NCBI GenBank assembly: GCA_021613535.1
Contig: CP075492.1
Coordinates: 16,802,001-16,866,000 of the forward strand
Source of the DNA: Adineta vaga
Lineage: Eukaryota > Animalia > Rotifera
Direction: 5' to 3'
Length of the DNA: 64,000 bases
In this document: one piece after another, positions 38,800-52,050 of the stretch
How positions within the stretch are numbered: position 1 is the stretch's first letter
Layout: each line of letters begins with the position of its first letter
The notes under the pieces: generated by a model
Told to the model about the DNA's origin: nothing
What the model saw: only the letters and a program-made list of their open reading frames with translations
Database searches by the model: none
Program-made: the position numbers and the translations under genes

Positions 38800-39804
38800 A
38801 ATGAGTACAATATGATTGTAATTTTGTTGCACATTTTTATGTAGCATACGTAAATAAGAACGAGTAAGATCACGCCTATTAACTTGTTCATATTTTGGAT
38901 CAACATCAGTCATGAGATTGTTGAACGATGTATGGTTGACGATAAATAATGGAAGATCCATATTTATTATTAAATCTTGAATTATACTATTGGTTAGCTG
39001 CTGTTGTCGTTTGTTGAATCAACAACAACAAAAAATTGTTGCACATTTTCTTCTATCAGGACTAAATATATGGTTTAGTTTCGATTGATTTTTATGTTTT
39101 GTGCATCGATCATTATTCTTCTTCCATTCATCATAAATAGATTGATGTTTGTTTTTCAAATGCTTCACAAAATCTAAAGTTGTTTTATAAGTATCGGTAA
39201 CTGTTAAAGGACAAAATTTACATTTCGATGAACATCGACTTTTCTCCAAATTAAGACATAAATTCGAGAAAAAATCGTTGATAACTAATAGACAATGTAA
39301 TTTGTCGTGGATAACAATAACATCACGATCATACGTATTATCAGTTATAGGAAAATTTGTAGCCATGATTAGTAAATCAATGAAACAATAACCAATAATA
39401 ATAAGAAATCAGTTAGATAATAACCAATAATGAGAAATCAACGCATTCAAAATAACACTGATATAACAACAACAACAACAACATTAAATAGAGAATTGTT
39501 CAAAACAACCAAGTATGTTTATTAAAAATGAAGAAAGGAAAAAAAGAGTTGAATTACTAATAGCAAATAAAAAAGAAGATGCGAGGAGAATAACGAAAGT
39601 AGAATATGGCGATCATAATAGGACTTATATCGTATAGATAGCTATGTATATTGGTATCGATATCAAATAGAAGATGTAACCCGCTGTTCTCATTCTGAAT
39701 TATAAAAACATAATTAATTTTTTGTTAAACGCGACTGTCTGAAATTTCATACAATGAATCAACGAGCGCGAGTACGAGTACTTCGAGTATTTTGCCCATC
39801 TCTG
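38800..39804 (-). mobile_element. Truncated hAT transposon with BED zinc-finger transposase remnant
   Basis: KCKFC...FVKHLKNKH (BED finger), DLPLFIVNHTSFNNLM...PKY (hAT DNA-binding region); terminal CAGAGATGGGCAAAATAC plus gagtac subterminal repeats at 39770-39804. Confidence 0.75.
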
Positions 39805-40184
39805 CCGTCCGACAGGACCCCATGTACCCATTTCTATCTGAGCAAGATTTTTATACCTGTACCGAATCGTCCTTGTAGCTGCTTGTCTATTTCGTCATTC
39901 AGGTAAAAATGAAAATACATGCTTCAGCAATCACTACAGTAAAGAAGAGACAAATTTTGTGTTTGTGAAATATTGTCTCCTTATATCATATCCATAGTGA
40001 TTCTTTACACATACAGGTGGAAAAAAACATTATGTATACTTTTTTTTCTATGACTAGTTCTTGTTTCTATCAAACTAGACACAAGAATGTGTATCTACTA
40101 GTGATGACTAAGTTTGACGATTTTCGATGGAAGAGATGCATGCGTTAATGGGACTACACCTTTTTTTTAAAATTTTTCCTTTCA

Positions 40185-40330
40185 TAAATCGCATCGATAT
40201 GATACAAAATACACGCTTATATGTTCATCTGTCAATAGAAGAAAAGGAAAGATAATTGTAAAGTACATCAAAATGTACCGAAGTGAGGAGAAACAGCATG
40301 CGTACAGCACATGTAAGCGAGAGTGTCACA
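40185..40330 (+). repeat. Dispersed repeat, also at about 51665-51828 and partially at about 38765-38797
   Basis: Shared taaatcgcat..gatacaaaatac.cg..tacatca.aatgtaccgaa..gagag.gtcaca. Confidence 0.65.
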
Positions 40331-40405
40331 TTAAGTATAGGAAAATTAGATATTTCTGTGAATCACGTTTTATACATGACGTCATATTCTCGAATGTTCC
40401 CTTTA

Positions 40406-40510
40406 TTTCTACAGGCGAAAAATTACGACGCAATTCTGGATGATTGGGTCTTGTTTTTTCTACAGGCAAAAAATTACGACGCAATTCTGAGTGATTGGGT
40501 CCTGTTTTTG
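40406..40510. repeat. 51-bp direct tandem duplication
   Basis: tttctacaggc.aaaaattacgacgcaattctg..tgattgggtc.tgttttt occurs twice. Confidence 0.85.
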
Positions 40511-41780
40511 TAGAAATAAACAGAAATATTATGATTTACACTTTATTGATCCCTGCAGTTTAAAGAAGTGTATAAGACGGAGAACTTCTAGCATTTTTTT
40601 TTCAGTTTTATTATGCTTATATTAATCGTATTTAACTACTTCGATTCTCCAATGTTATTTATCAAGGTAACTACCAATTATATTATTTTTTTTTGTAATA
40701 TTTAACCGAAGGGTTGTTTTCTTACAGCTTCTTACTTAAAGATAACTAGGATTTCGATGTGTATTGTTTTTTAAGTTCATGTTAACAAGTCATATAGATA
40801 TGAGGTCATGACAGATCTCAAATTGGTACCAATTTCTACTAAATGTCTGATCGTTGATATCTGATTATACGAAGGAAATCAGATATTTACTTAGACACAT
40901 GATTTATAGCCATAATTGAACTACAGATTTCAGATAATTATATTTAATGCTAATTTTTCAACTTATCAAGGAAACATGATGTGTGAATCATTAAATACTA
41001 CCTACAAATTTCAGAACTTCGTAGATCATTATATATTACATATTTACTTTCTTCCAAATTTTCAAACATCCGAGAGACCTATTGTAGACCTTAGTTTTAG
41101 ATAGACACCAGATATTCAGATATCAGATATTTATCTGCTGAAAATTTCTAAATATCATACAGATTATTGTATGTTCTACACTTTGAAACTGTAGTCAGAT
41201 ATGAGACGTCCAATTCCATGTACGATTATCAAACTACTGTTACAAGAGAATTAAGTCTATATATTATATTTATTTAAGTAAAGATGACAATCGGTTAATG
41301 AAACGGAAGCTCTATTCTCTATGTATTCCCCTTGTATAGGTCAAAAATACTGTTTGTATGGAGAATTGAATTTTATTATTCGTTTTTGAAGTTAAAAGAT
41401 ATCGGTTCTAAACTGAATATTATTGTACAGTGTTACAGGAAAATATCCTAGGACCTAGACTATAAGGTAGGTAGGTATATATCTGATATCTGATATCTGT
41501 TCACTATTTGAAATATTTAGCACATCTTCAAGTTTCATAATATTTATGAGTCTTTCCTTTCATGAGCACATACATGAAACATATTCGTAGGAGTTTTAAA
41601 AATTTTCACGTTTAGAAATTGTTTACATGTAGCAGTTAAAATTGGTACCAATTTGAGATTTCTCATTCCTTGGATTTCAGTTACTTTTAAATTAGTTTAC
41701 TGAACTAGAATATGATTATTATATTAAATATTTGTCGGTGTATTTTGAATAGAAGAAGAACTCTTTCTTCATTCTTTTCT

Positions 41781-41835
41781 ATCTTGAGGGTGTGGGTGGG
41801 TGTAAAAGAGGAGAAGATACCCACACCCACACCCT
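41781..41835. repeat. Telomere-like inverted junction element (two arms)
   Basis: atcttgagggtgtgggtgggtgt-spacer-acccacacccacaccct. Confidence 0.9.
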
Positions 41836-42632
41836 AGGTGCTTTTGAGAAAATCTAACTACAATAATTCTACTTAATACACCGTTTTACCATTGAAAAAT
41901 ACGATTATTATTTACGATTAATTCTTCTTTTAAAATACGTAATATATTTCATTTAAATAAATAAAAAATAATGAACAAATGAATAGCGTTTATTCGCACA
42001 TCATTGACAAGGAAAATATTGTACTATTTTCTATTTTTTTTCAATCGAATAAATGTAATTTAATATTTATTTTGAATTCTAACATCTATTGTAATATCTG
42101 TGTTAATCCTAGATTACAAAAATATAATGCTATTTTTGCATTACCTCATTAAAAATTATTCAATGAAAGACGATGTGAATGAAGAAAATGTCTTTATTCA
42201 CATTCATAAGATTCAAATATACGAAGAAAAATGAAGTGAACATAAAAAATGTGATCAGTATTTTTAGTAAAATACATAATTGTGTTCGATCGAGCATAAC
42301 CCGATACTTTATCACTATAGTATGCCCTTCAATAAACATTAATTTTTAAAGATAAAAAAATATATATATCCATTTATGAATCATATGTGACGAAAAACCA
42401 AATACCTATATTAGAAAGTTTTACATGGCAAATATAATAAACGTGTAAAGGTCTGTTTATGTTCAATAGAAATTATCTTTTTCATGAAAAAAAGTATGAT
42501 TGTATAAGTTATATACTTATTAACTTTTATGTAATAGATGAGTTTTTCTTTCAGAAAAATTTATTTTTATCTATAGACGAAACAAATAATTTTCTGTTAG
42601 TTTCAATATAAGAATCAACAGTCAATTTTGAG

Positions 42633-45600
42633 ATGATTAAATGGACACGGTAAAAGTCTAAATTATTATTATCAATGTTATTATATTTATTTTCTTTTCA
42701 TTCGTAGAATTAAGTTAATTTTGAAACGTTTTTTCCAATGTTTGTTTTTAACATGGCTTTTGGCAGTTTTCGTTGGTTTTATATTTGCATTTTTACCAAG
42801 ACAAGAAAATAAACAAGATGCTGTAATTGGCTTCACTGATACTGCATGTATGAATAGAATAAGTGATTTTTAAATAAAAATTATATTGAATTCATGGATA
42901 TTTGTAGCATCAGCTAATTTAACAATCAATTATAGAACGGATATTCAAAGTAATGATTCATTGATTGTTTCCGATCCATCACAATTAGCGAATCAAGTAA
43001 CCATACAAATATTTTATTATGAGATTCTTATTTTTGTTTTTAAGATTGCTAAAGCATACAGTGTGTCTCATAATATGGTTCGAGTATTTTCCGCCAGATT
43101 TACTAAAAGTCTCATTTTAACACGACGAAGACGAGATGCGTAAGTATTTTCTTCTCAGACAAAAAATTACCGAATAAAAATATAATTTACGGAAATTTAA
43201 TTTAAGTACATCATCTACCAATGATGCAACAAATAACACTTCTTATATGCTTGTAATTGATTTCCAAGTTGATTATCCCCGTACATGTGGTGGTGTTACA
43301 GTATGTAATGATCGTTTTGTTACTAGTATATATAAAACAATTCGAACAGTTTCACCCACACTTTCCCTCACGATGTCATTAACAAACGGTAAGAAATTAG
43401 ATACTAGACTTGTCTTTGAATCAATAGGGAAAACTAGCGTTACCACTATCACCAGCACCACCAGCACCAGCACGAGTAGCACCAGCACGAGTAGCACCAG
43501 CACCAGACGCCCTAGCACCACCAGCATAAGAACCAGCAGCACTACCGAGACCACTAGCACCACTTCCGACACCACTGGCACCACTACCGACACCACTAGC
43601 ACCACTACTGACAGCACTAGCACCACTAGTGACACCACTAGCACCACTACCGAGACCACCAGCACCACCAGCACTACCGACAACACCAGCACTAGCACCA
43701 CTACTGACACCACTAGCACCACTAGTGACACCACTAGTACCACTTCCCAGACCACCAGCACCACCAGCACTACCGACACCACCAGCACTACCGAGACCAC
43801 TAGCACCACCAGCACCACCAGCACTACCGACAACACCAGCACTAGCACCACTAGTGACACCACTAGCACCACTACCCAGACCACCAGCACCACCAGCACT
43901 ACCGACACCACCAGCACTAGCACCACTACTGACAGCACTAGCACCACTACCCAGACCACCAGCACCACCAGCACTACCGACACCACCAGCACTAGCACCA
44001 CTACTGACAGCACTAGCACCACTACCCAGACCACCAGCACCACCAGCACTACCGACAACACCAGCACTAGCACCACTACTGACAGCACTAGCACCACTAG
44101 TGACACCACCAGCTCCACCAGCACTACCGAGACCACCAGCTCCACCAGCACTACCGACACCACCAGCACTAGCACCACTACTGACAGCACTAGCACCACT
44201 ACCGAGACCACCAGCACCACCAGCACTACCGACACCACCAGCACTAGCACCACTACTGACACCACTAGCACCACTACCGACACCACCAGCACTACCGGGA
44301 CCACCAGCACTGCACTAGCACCACTACTGACAGCACTAGCACCACTACCCAGACCACCAGCACCACCAGCACTACCGACAACACCAGCACTAGCACCACT
44401 AGTGACACCACTAGCACCACTAGTGACACCACTAGCACCACTACCGACACCACCGGCACTACCGAGACCACCAGCACTAGCACCACTACCGACACCACCA
44501 GCACTAGCACCACTACTGACAGCACTAGCACCACTACCGACACCACCAGCACTAGCACCACTACTGACAGCACTAGCACCACTACCGACACCACCAGCAC
44601 TACCGAGACCACCAGCACTAGCACCACTACCGACAGCACTAGCACCACTACTGACAGCACTAGCACCACTACCCAGACCACCAGCACCACCAGCACTACC
44701 GACAACACCAGCACTAGCACCACTACTGACAGCACTAGCACCACTACCCAGACCACCAGCACCACCAGCACTACCGACAACACACGCAGCACTGGCACCA
44801 CTACTGACAGCACTAGCACCACTACCCAGACCACCAGCACCACCAGCACTACCGACACACCAGCACTAGCCACCACTACCGACACCACCAGCACTAGCAC
44901 CACTACTGACAGCACTAGCACCACTAGTGACACCACTAGCACCACTACCGACACCACCAGCACCACCAGCACTACCGACACCACCAGCACTACCGAGACC
45001 ACCAGCACTAGCACCACTACTGACAGCACTAGCACCACTAGTGACACCACTAGCACCACTACCGAGACCACCAGCACCACCACCACTACCGACACCACCA
45101 GCACCACCAGCACTACCGACACCACCAGCACTAGCACCACTACTGACAGCACTAGCACCACTACCGAGACCACCAGCACCACCAGCACTACCGAGACCAC
45201 CAGCACCACCAGCACTACCGACACCACCAGCACTAGCACCACTACTGACACCACTAGCACCACTACCGAGACCACCAGCTCCACCAGCACTACCGAGACC
45301 ACCAGCACTAGCACCACTACTGACAGCACTAGCACCACTAGTGACACCACTAGCAGCACTACCGAGACCACCAGCACCACCACCACTACCGACACCACCA
45401 GCACCACCAGCACTACCGACACCACCAGCACTACCGAGACCACCAGCACTAGCACCACTACTGACAGCACTAGCACCACTAGTGACACCACTAGCAGCAC
45501 TACCGAGACCACCAGCACCACCACCACTACCGACACCACCAGCACTAGCACCACTACTGACAGCACTAGCACCACTACTGACAGCACTAGGCACCACTAC

Positions 45601-48225
45601 TGACAGTACTAGCACCACTACTGACAGCACTAGCACCACTACCGAGACCACCAGCACCACCAGCACTACCGAGACCACCAGCACCACCAGCACTACCGAC
45701 ACCACCAGCACTAGCACCACTACTGACACCACTAGCACCACTACTGACACCACTAGCACCACTACCGAGACCACCAGCTCCACCAGCACTACCGAGACCA
45801 CCAGCACCACTAGCAACACTACCGAGACCACCAGCTCCACCAGCACTACCGACACCACCAGCACTAGCACCACTACTGACACCACTAGCACCACTACCGA
45901 CACCACCAGCACCAGCACCACCACCACTACCGACACCACTAGCACCACTACCGACACCACCACCACCACCACCACTACCGACACCACCACCACCACCACC
46001 ACTACCGAGACCACCAGCACTAGCACTATAACAACAACAACCACAACTCAAACTACTACGACAACTTTAGCACGTAAGAAAAAGTTATACGATCTCTATG
46101 TGAAAGATTCGCCGAGTTTCCTATTTATCACCCTGATATTATATGAGTTATGTTAAAATAGATTTAACTAAGATTTCTCGATGGTTTTATTCATGAGATG
46201 TAGATTAAATACGTATGTGTTTAATAAGAAAGTAGAAAAGACATAGTTTTAAATGATTTTTCTTAGATCTATATATATAAAGAAGAAAGTTTGTCTGTCT
46301 GTCTGTTCGCTATGCATTCAGTCGCTGTAATAGCTACGATCACCAAACTTTCCACAATACTTCCCTCGGTCCCGAGGAAGGTCGACATGGGGTTAGAATG
46401 GCCATCAAGGGATGGCGGTGGCAGCGTGTGTGAAATTTCGCTCTCAAGATGGCATATAGGAATGAGGGTGGGTGTGGGTGTCTGCATCCAGGATAGACAA
46501 CTACAAAGCGTGGGTTGGGTTCTCAAAAAAACTGAATCTGGAGTGAAATGACTACTCTACCTGTATAGAGTAGAAGTGAAGTTTATAAAGTAGAGAATGA
46601 CTTGCAGCGGGACAGTGGGTGTAGAATGGGACCTGAGTTGCAGCGGGACAGTGGGTGTAGAATGGGACCTGAGTTGCAGCGGGACAGTGGGTGTAGAATG
46701 GGACCTGAGTTGCAGCGGGACAGTGGGTGTAGAATGGGACCTGAGTTGCAGCGGGACAGTGGGTGTAGAATGGGACCTGAGTTGCAGCGGGACAGTGGGT
46801 GTAGAATGGGACCTGAGTTGCAGCGGGACAGTGGGTGTAGAATGGGACCTGAGTTGCAGCGGGACAGTGGGTGTAGAATGGGACCTGAGTTGCAGCGGGA
46901 CAGTGGGTGTAGAATGGGACCTGAGTTGCAGCGGGACAGTGGGTGTAGAATGGGACCTGAGTTGCAGCGGGACAGTGGGTGTAGAATGGGACCTGAGTTG
47001 CAGCGGGACAGTAGTAGTGGATTTAATAGGAACAGAGCTGTATGTCGTATGCATAGCGAGACAAGACCATTAGGAAAGGGTTAATGAAGAGATGTGAAAA
47101 GTTCTTAAAAAAAGACCTGGTGAATGACGCGAAAAGGGTATGAGAGGAGCCTCAGTACAGAGGAGAAAGACGTGGGAAAGACAGGTGACGCGCGCTGACT
47201 GACAATCTGAAGGATTACACTTGCTAATGCAGATTGGGAAAGGAAGATGTGAGGATTTTTTTATACACGACGGGTAAATACCAACGGAGAGGTCCGGTGA
47301 GTGATGAGAAGAGCATTGCTGTAGATGGAAAATGTAAGTTGTGTCCTCTTTGCAGCGGGTATCTCCGCTAGTGTTTTATAATTCACCTCGAAAAAAGATG
47401 CATATCTTCTTCTTTCACTGTCTCAACAATTTAGTATTTTTAGTGTACTCAAAGAAGTGAGTACAGTACTAGAATCGGTCAATGTAGTCGGCAATTTACG
47501 CGATAACTCTTCAAAATTACATCCGATTAAGTTGAATTTTTTGTGCGCAGAATTGCTTCATCAATATCTCGGTCGAGTTTAAAGATGGGAAGGATCCCTC
47601 AAGAAATGGCTGAATCATCCTAAGAATTCTCATTAATACCAGTCTATCTCTGAACAGGAGTACAGGAATTTTTTACAAAATAATTATCTCACTGATGTTT
47701 ACTAAATATATAAGTTGACACAGTTTGATTGCAGTACCTATAAGGTTTTCTAACTAGTCAAAAGAACTACCGAAAAAATACAAGTCATCAGAAAACATTT
47801 ACACCAAAAAGATTTCTGATGTTAAATTTGATATAGAGCTATTTCCGAATGACTTAACACTTTTGTACACTTTTTCCAGTAAACATAAATCTCGGATAAA
47901 ATCTGAAATTTCCACATTTATTTGATTCTATTATTTAGCTACGTGTGCTGATAAGTGTCCCAGCGGTGCTTCGTCTAGTGATACAACAACCTGTGGTCGA
48001 ATTTGTGTCACTAATACCGTCTATAATGTTGGAGACACAGGTCTTTGTGCTACTAATTCTACGTATTGTCCTGATGGTAATTACACCATACATCGTAATG
48101 CTTATAGTACTGTGAATTTTGATTGTGCCAATGCTTTTGGTTGTAATGCTTATGGAGGCTGTTGTACTATTATGGTTTCAGTAGCTTTAAAGTATCTTTG
48201 GTGTATTTCATGTTCATATAACTGA
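42633..48225 (+). CDS. Mucin-like protein: N-terminal TM, furin-like RRRRDA site, ~2.6-kb Thr/Ser repeat, Cys-rich C-terminal exon
   Basis: Short exons from ATG 42633; T/S-rich frame from 43440 (TTSTTSTTD units) with a few frame slips; GT-AG intron 46074-47938 joins in phase (LAP-TCADKC); last exon ends WCISCSYN* at 48225. Confidence 0.75.
46268..47371 (+). mobile_element. Non-autonomous Helitron in the mucin intron
   Basis: A|TCTATATATATAAAG...(gtct)n 5' end; 3' hairpin agcgg-gtatct-ccgct ending CTAG|T; inserted between A and T with no TSD. Confidence 0.8.
46602..47011. repeat. Perfect 36-bp minisatellite, about 11.4 copies
   Basis: tgcagcgggacagtgggtgtagaatgggacctgagt repeated identically. 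Confidence 0.97.
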
Positions 48226-48399
48226 GAATTCGAACAAAATATTCAATCAATGAAAATCATTGCATTAAAAAATATTTTTCTTTTTATTACATATTCAAAA
48301 GAGATATTCGATATTGTTCCTTAATCTGAAAAGAAACTATACAAAAGAAAAAAAAAGTATTGAAAATATTATTTCTAATCTAAAGTCGTCAGTTAGTAG

Positions 48400-49260
48400 A
48401 ATGTTTATTTGTTTGATTTGGATCAACATAATTTTATCAACAATGATTTATATAAATATCATATAGAATATATTTAACTTGTCGAAGAAATCGTTTCGAC
48501 ACAAAAAATAAGTGTAGAATAAATTCTAAAAATAAAATTTAATTTTCTTATTTAAAAGTTAGTGTAATAATATTAATTAAATTGATTTCTGTAAAAACAG
48601 AATCACGATTTGTATTCAATACTAGAAATCTATTTATAATTGATTATCGTAATCGTATACAAATATAGACACAATATTTCAACAAGAACTATTACTGTTA
48701 ATTGATTATCTGATTTACGTCGAACAGGTAGATTTATTAGAGTTGTTAATGTGTGAGTATTTCGATAAGCCATTATTGGAAAAAGATTAATATATCTTAT
48801 ATAATGTTTCATGTATTGTCCATGTAATTGAAACAATAACAGTTGAATAATGAGCTAATTTTACATTTGATCATTATTGTCGTCGTGGATGAGTACAAGT
48901 TGAAAAATATTGATCAATGATGTAGCTAAACTTAATAATGTTACTGTACCGATAATATACGTTGCATCAAAAAGACTTTGAATTTGACAATAATAAATAA
49001 TGATAGATGATCAATTGATAGAAAATTCCATTAATATAATAACAAATGATGTTCTAAATATTAATTGAATAAAATTAAATAATGACATTAAGGAAAGATA
49101 AGATGTACAGAAATTCTGTCGAAAAATTGTTAAACTGAGAAAAAAGATATTACGAAGAAATTCACAAATCAAACTAATGAAAAAGTTCGTAATAGAAAAA
49201 GTATAATGTGCAAACTGTAATCGTGCATTATAAAGTGGAGCAATATATTCTATATTCATT
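48400..49260 (-). pseudogene. Degraded class A GPCR
   Basis: Fragments NIFFLSLTIFRQNFCTSYL and IDQYFSTCTHPRRQ**SNVKLAH with stops and frameshifts. Confidence 0.65.
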
Positions 49261-49703
49261 TTCAATTATATAAATCAATGTTGTTTCTGTTAAACGAAGT
49301 AAAACTTATTAAAAATGGTTGATCTATTTATCTTTTTTTTTCAAATTAATTTCAAATCATAAAAACGGAAATTAATGTTTATTCTTTCTTAAAAATAATA
49401 AAGTACTACTTAATTAGAAATATCTATTTTTAACTTTTTAACACTTGAAAAATCATTTTTTTCTCGAATAATTTCTGACATAGATCACAAATTTCATGTC
49501 GAATGGATAATACACATGAAACGGATATATATATATTTTAATGAAAAAAAAATTAGTTAGACTCAGTAATTTTGATCTAACATCACCAAAATTTCACATT
49601 ATCAGGGAAATAATGATAGATTCAAATAGTCTGTGAAGTTCTCTACAGTTCTATATAAATATTTTTCTAACCGTATTTAGTTTAAATTTTTCTTTAAAAT
49701 ACA

Positions 49704-49755
49704 AGAGTGTGGGTCCAAGATAAAAAAGGCTACTCTCATTCACGCCAGCACCCTC
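49704..49755. repeat. Telomere-like junction element (degenerate)
   Basis: agagtgtgggt ... cacgccagcaccctc. Confidence 0.45.
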
Positions 49756-50440
49756 GTTTATTTGAAATATAATAAACGTTATATCCAAGTCGTTCAACGA
49801 ATGGAGCTTGGAAAAATTTCTTTTTAAATTAAATTGTTGATTCTTTACTGGATTTATCTGAATTAGTTTTTACTTGGCGATATTCGGTTAAAAATTTATC
49901 AAATAATTAATTTCAATGTTTGATATTCATAATCTCTCGCCTTTTTTTAAAAATTTAATCTAAATTAAACAAAAGTACCAGTATAGATAACTAATTCGTG
50001 TTCGAATATAAATGAAATTCTTCGAAAATCTTTCACAGGAGATGACAATAGGGGCAAAAGTTTCTCTTGGTTAGGATTGAACAGCCGTGAATAGTTTTGA
50101 TCGTACTTAAGATCCCCATCAGATGGCATACATTAGTTATGCAACTTTAATGCTGTATCTCCTCGACTCCAAGAGTTGATTTGCAAATTCATTGTCATTT
50201 GACACAATCCTTGATAAAGATCGAAATCAAATATGGCTTTTTATTCTCACATATAAATGATTAATTATTAAACTGATATGTTGCACAAAACTCCTACCAA
50301 TTCCTACTAGTTAAAGCAAATGAATTTTATTTCACATAACTAACATATTAAACACAGAAAAAAGAAGAAAAAACATTGATTAAACAAATGTCACATGTAT
50401 ATATATATATATATATAATGAATAAATTGAATTATAATTC

Positions 50441-50550
50441 TTATTTTTCTATATTTCTTTGAGAACAATGACTTTTCTTAGTTAATTCTTTAGCACATTG
50501 ACTTTCTGTATATATCATTTCAGGATTTTGTACATTTTTCAACCAATCAA
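50441..50550 (-). pseudogene. C-terminal fragment of a paralog of the 50978-51304 gene
   Basis: FDWLKNVQNPEMIYTESQCAKELTKKSHCSQRNIEK aligns with FKLPQSIQNIIYTKTQCPKEIIDRSRCYQNVI. Confidence 0.7.
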
Positions 50551-50621
50551 ATCTTGGGTGTGGGTTGGGTGTGGGTGTGAATGAGAGCATAGTCTTTTTA
50601 ATCTCACATCCATCCTCAAGA
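50551..50621. repeat. Telomere-like inverted junction element (two arms)
   Basis: atcttgggtgtgggttgggtgtgggtgtga-spacer-ctcacatccatcctcaaga. Confidence 0.9.
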
Positions 50622-50977
50622 GCGTACAAACTGAAATCTACTAATTCACGTATTTATTGTAGTTATGATTGTCTTGGAAATGATCTTTTTTGCTTTTTAT
50701 ACACCACCCTAGGATTGTGTAGTTAATTGTGTTTAAACGACTAAATGTATTCATGTTGCTTATTCGCAAACATATAACCATACATGTTATAAAAAAAAGA
50801 TTTATCTTCGAAAAGAAAATCAGAAGAAATACTTTACAAAACTATTAAAATAGGCATGTTTATAGTAGTAGGACATGATTCACATATGTGTAATAATCAA
50901 CAATCATAGTTTATTAATGATTCTTTAGCTTATGGGCACGGTTTTATGACATTTGAATCAACTTCAAATACATATTT

Positions 50978-51304
50978 TTGTTGTATGTATGTTACAAATT
51001 AAATTTTATCAATCATAAATCAATGCATAAAACGATGATTGTTCAGATTATTGATCATGAGGAGGATTTTATAATAAACATACCAAATATCAAATTATAT
51101 GCTACAAAAAGTGGTGTTTATTATGTTAGAGAATGTCACAAGCAATGGCAAAATGATAATTTTAATAACGAGTATCTTTTAAATATAAAATCACATGAAG
51201 AATGTTTTAAACTTCCTCAATCAATACAAAATATTATCTATACCAAGACACAATGTCCAAAGGAAATTATTGATAGAAGTCGATGTTATCAAAATGTTAT
51301 TTAA
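50978..51304 (+). CDS. Small hypothetical protein (true start uncertain, may have an upstream exon)
   Basis: 108-aa ORF whose C-terminus has a diverged paralog at 50441-50550, supporting coding status. Confidence 0.55.
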   Translation: MLYVCYKLNFINHKSMHKTMIVQIIDHEEDFIINIPNIKLYATKSGVYYVRECHKQWQNDNFNNEYLLNIKSHEECFKLPQSIQNIIYTKTQCPKEIIDRSRCYQNVI

Positions 51305-51449
51305 TTATCTTTGTTGATTTTGATTTATGTAGAATTTTTTCATTTATCTTAAATAAATTCATTTTGAAGATATACTTTGCAATATGTAAGAGAATTCGTA
51401 AGAAAACTAAAGAATATTTATCAGATATTGATCACATGATTCAATGGCC

Positions 51450-51514
51450 ATCTTGAGGGTGGGTGTGGGTGTGAGTATCAGATAAATGTAGTACCCATAC
51501 CCGCACCCTTTCAA
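51450..51514. repeat. Telomere-like inverted junction element (two arms)
   Basis: atcttgagggtgggtgtgggtgtgag-spacer-tacccatacccgcaccctttcaa. Confidence 0.9.
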
Positions 51515-52050
51515 TTTTAAAGTATGTTAAACAGTAAAACTCAATGAATTAAGTCGTTTCGAAGTATGCTTGACATAAATATACAAATAAACAACTTTTT
51601 CCTTATGATATTCACTGAGTTACATTGTATTTTCATGAAACTGCACTTTTATTCTTTTTCCTCTTAAATCGCATGGTTTTGATACAAAATACGCGTTTAT
51701 ATACTCGTCTATAAGAGAGAATAAAAGAATATATCATGTCAAAATACATCAGAATGTACCGAAATTAGCTGAGAAGAGTCACAAGAACTGATAAGAAACG
51801 TGCAACTCATATAACTGAGAGCGTCACAGTTTTTGTCTATGAATATTTTTATTTTATGTTCTTTTAAAATAAGTAAACAAGTTTTGTAAAATTTTTTATT
51901 TCATTCTTAAAAATGACTCAAAATAACTCCAACTAATATTTTGAAGATTTGATCTAAATATCTTGGCTTTTCATATATCTATTTCAAATATTTGAATAAA
52001 TAATGTAAATTGTTTTCATAAGCCAGCGAGGTACTTATTTTGATGTTATA

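Noticed and set aside
40815-41660. 21-bp inverted repeat (atctcaaattggtaccaattt) about 820 bp apart
   Set aside because: Probably an old MITE remnant, but its boundaries and TSD could not be defined.
43273-46156. Long Val/Leu-rich, Pro/Ala-rich and Gly/Ser-rich ORFs
   Set aside because: They are alternative frames and antisense readings of the Thr/Ser mucin repeat; frame switches come from a few indels, possibly sequencing errors.
46602-47011. 36-bp repeat array of CRISPR-like unit length, with ORFs in three frames
   Set aside because: Units are identical and contiguous with no spacers, the context is a eukaryotic intron, and there are no cas genes. The ORFs are by-products of a stop-free minisatellite.
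47460-47880. Transposon-like sequence in the mucin intron downstream of the Helitron
   Set aside because: No second terminus or coding remnant could be identified by eye.
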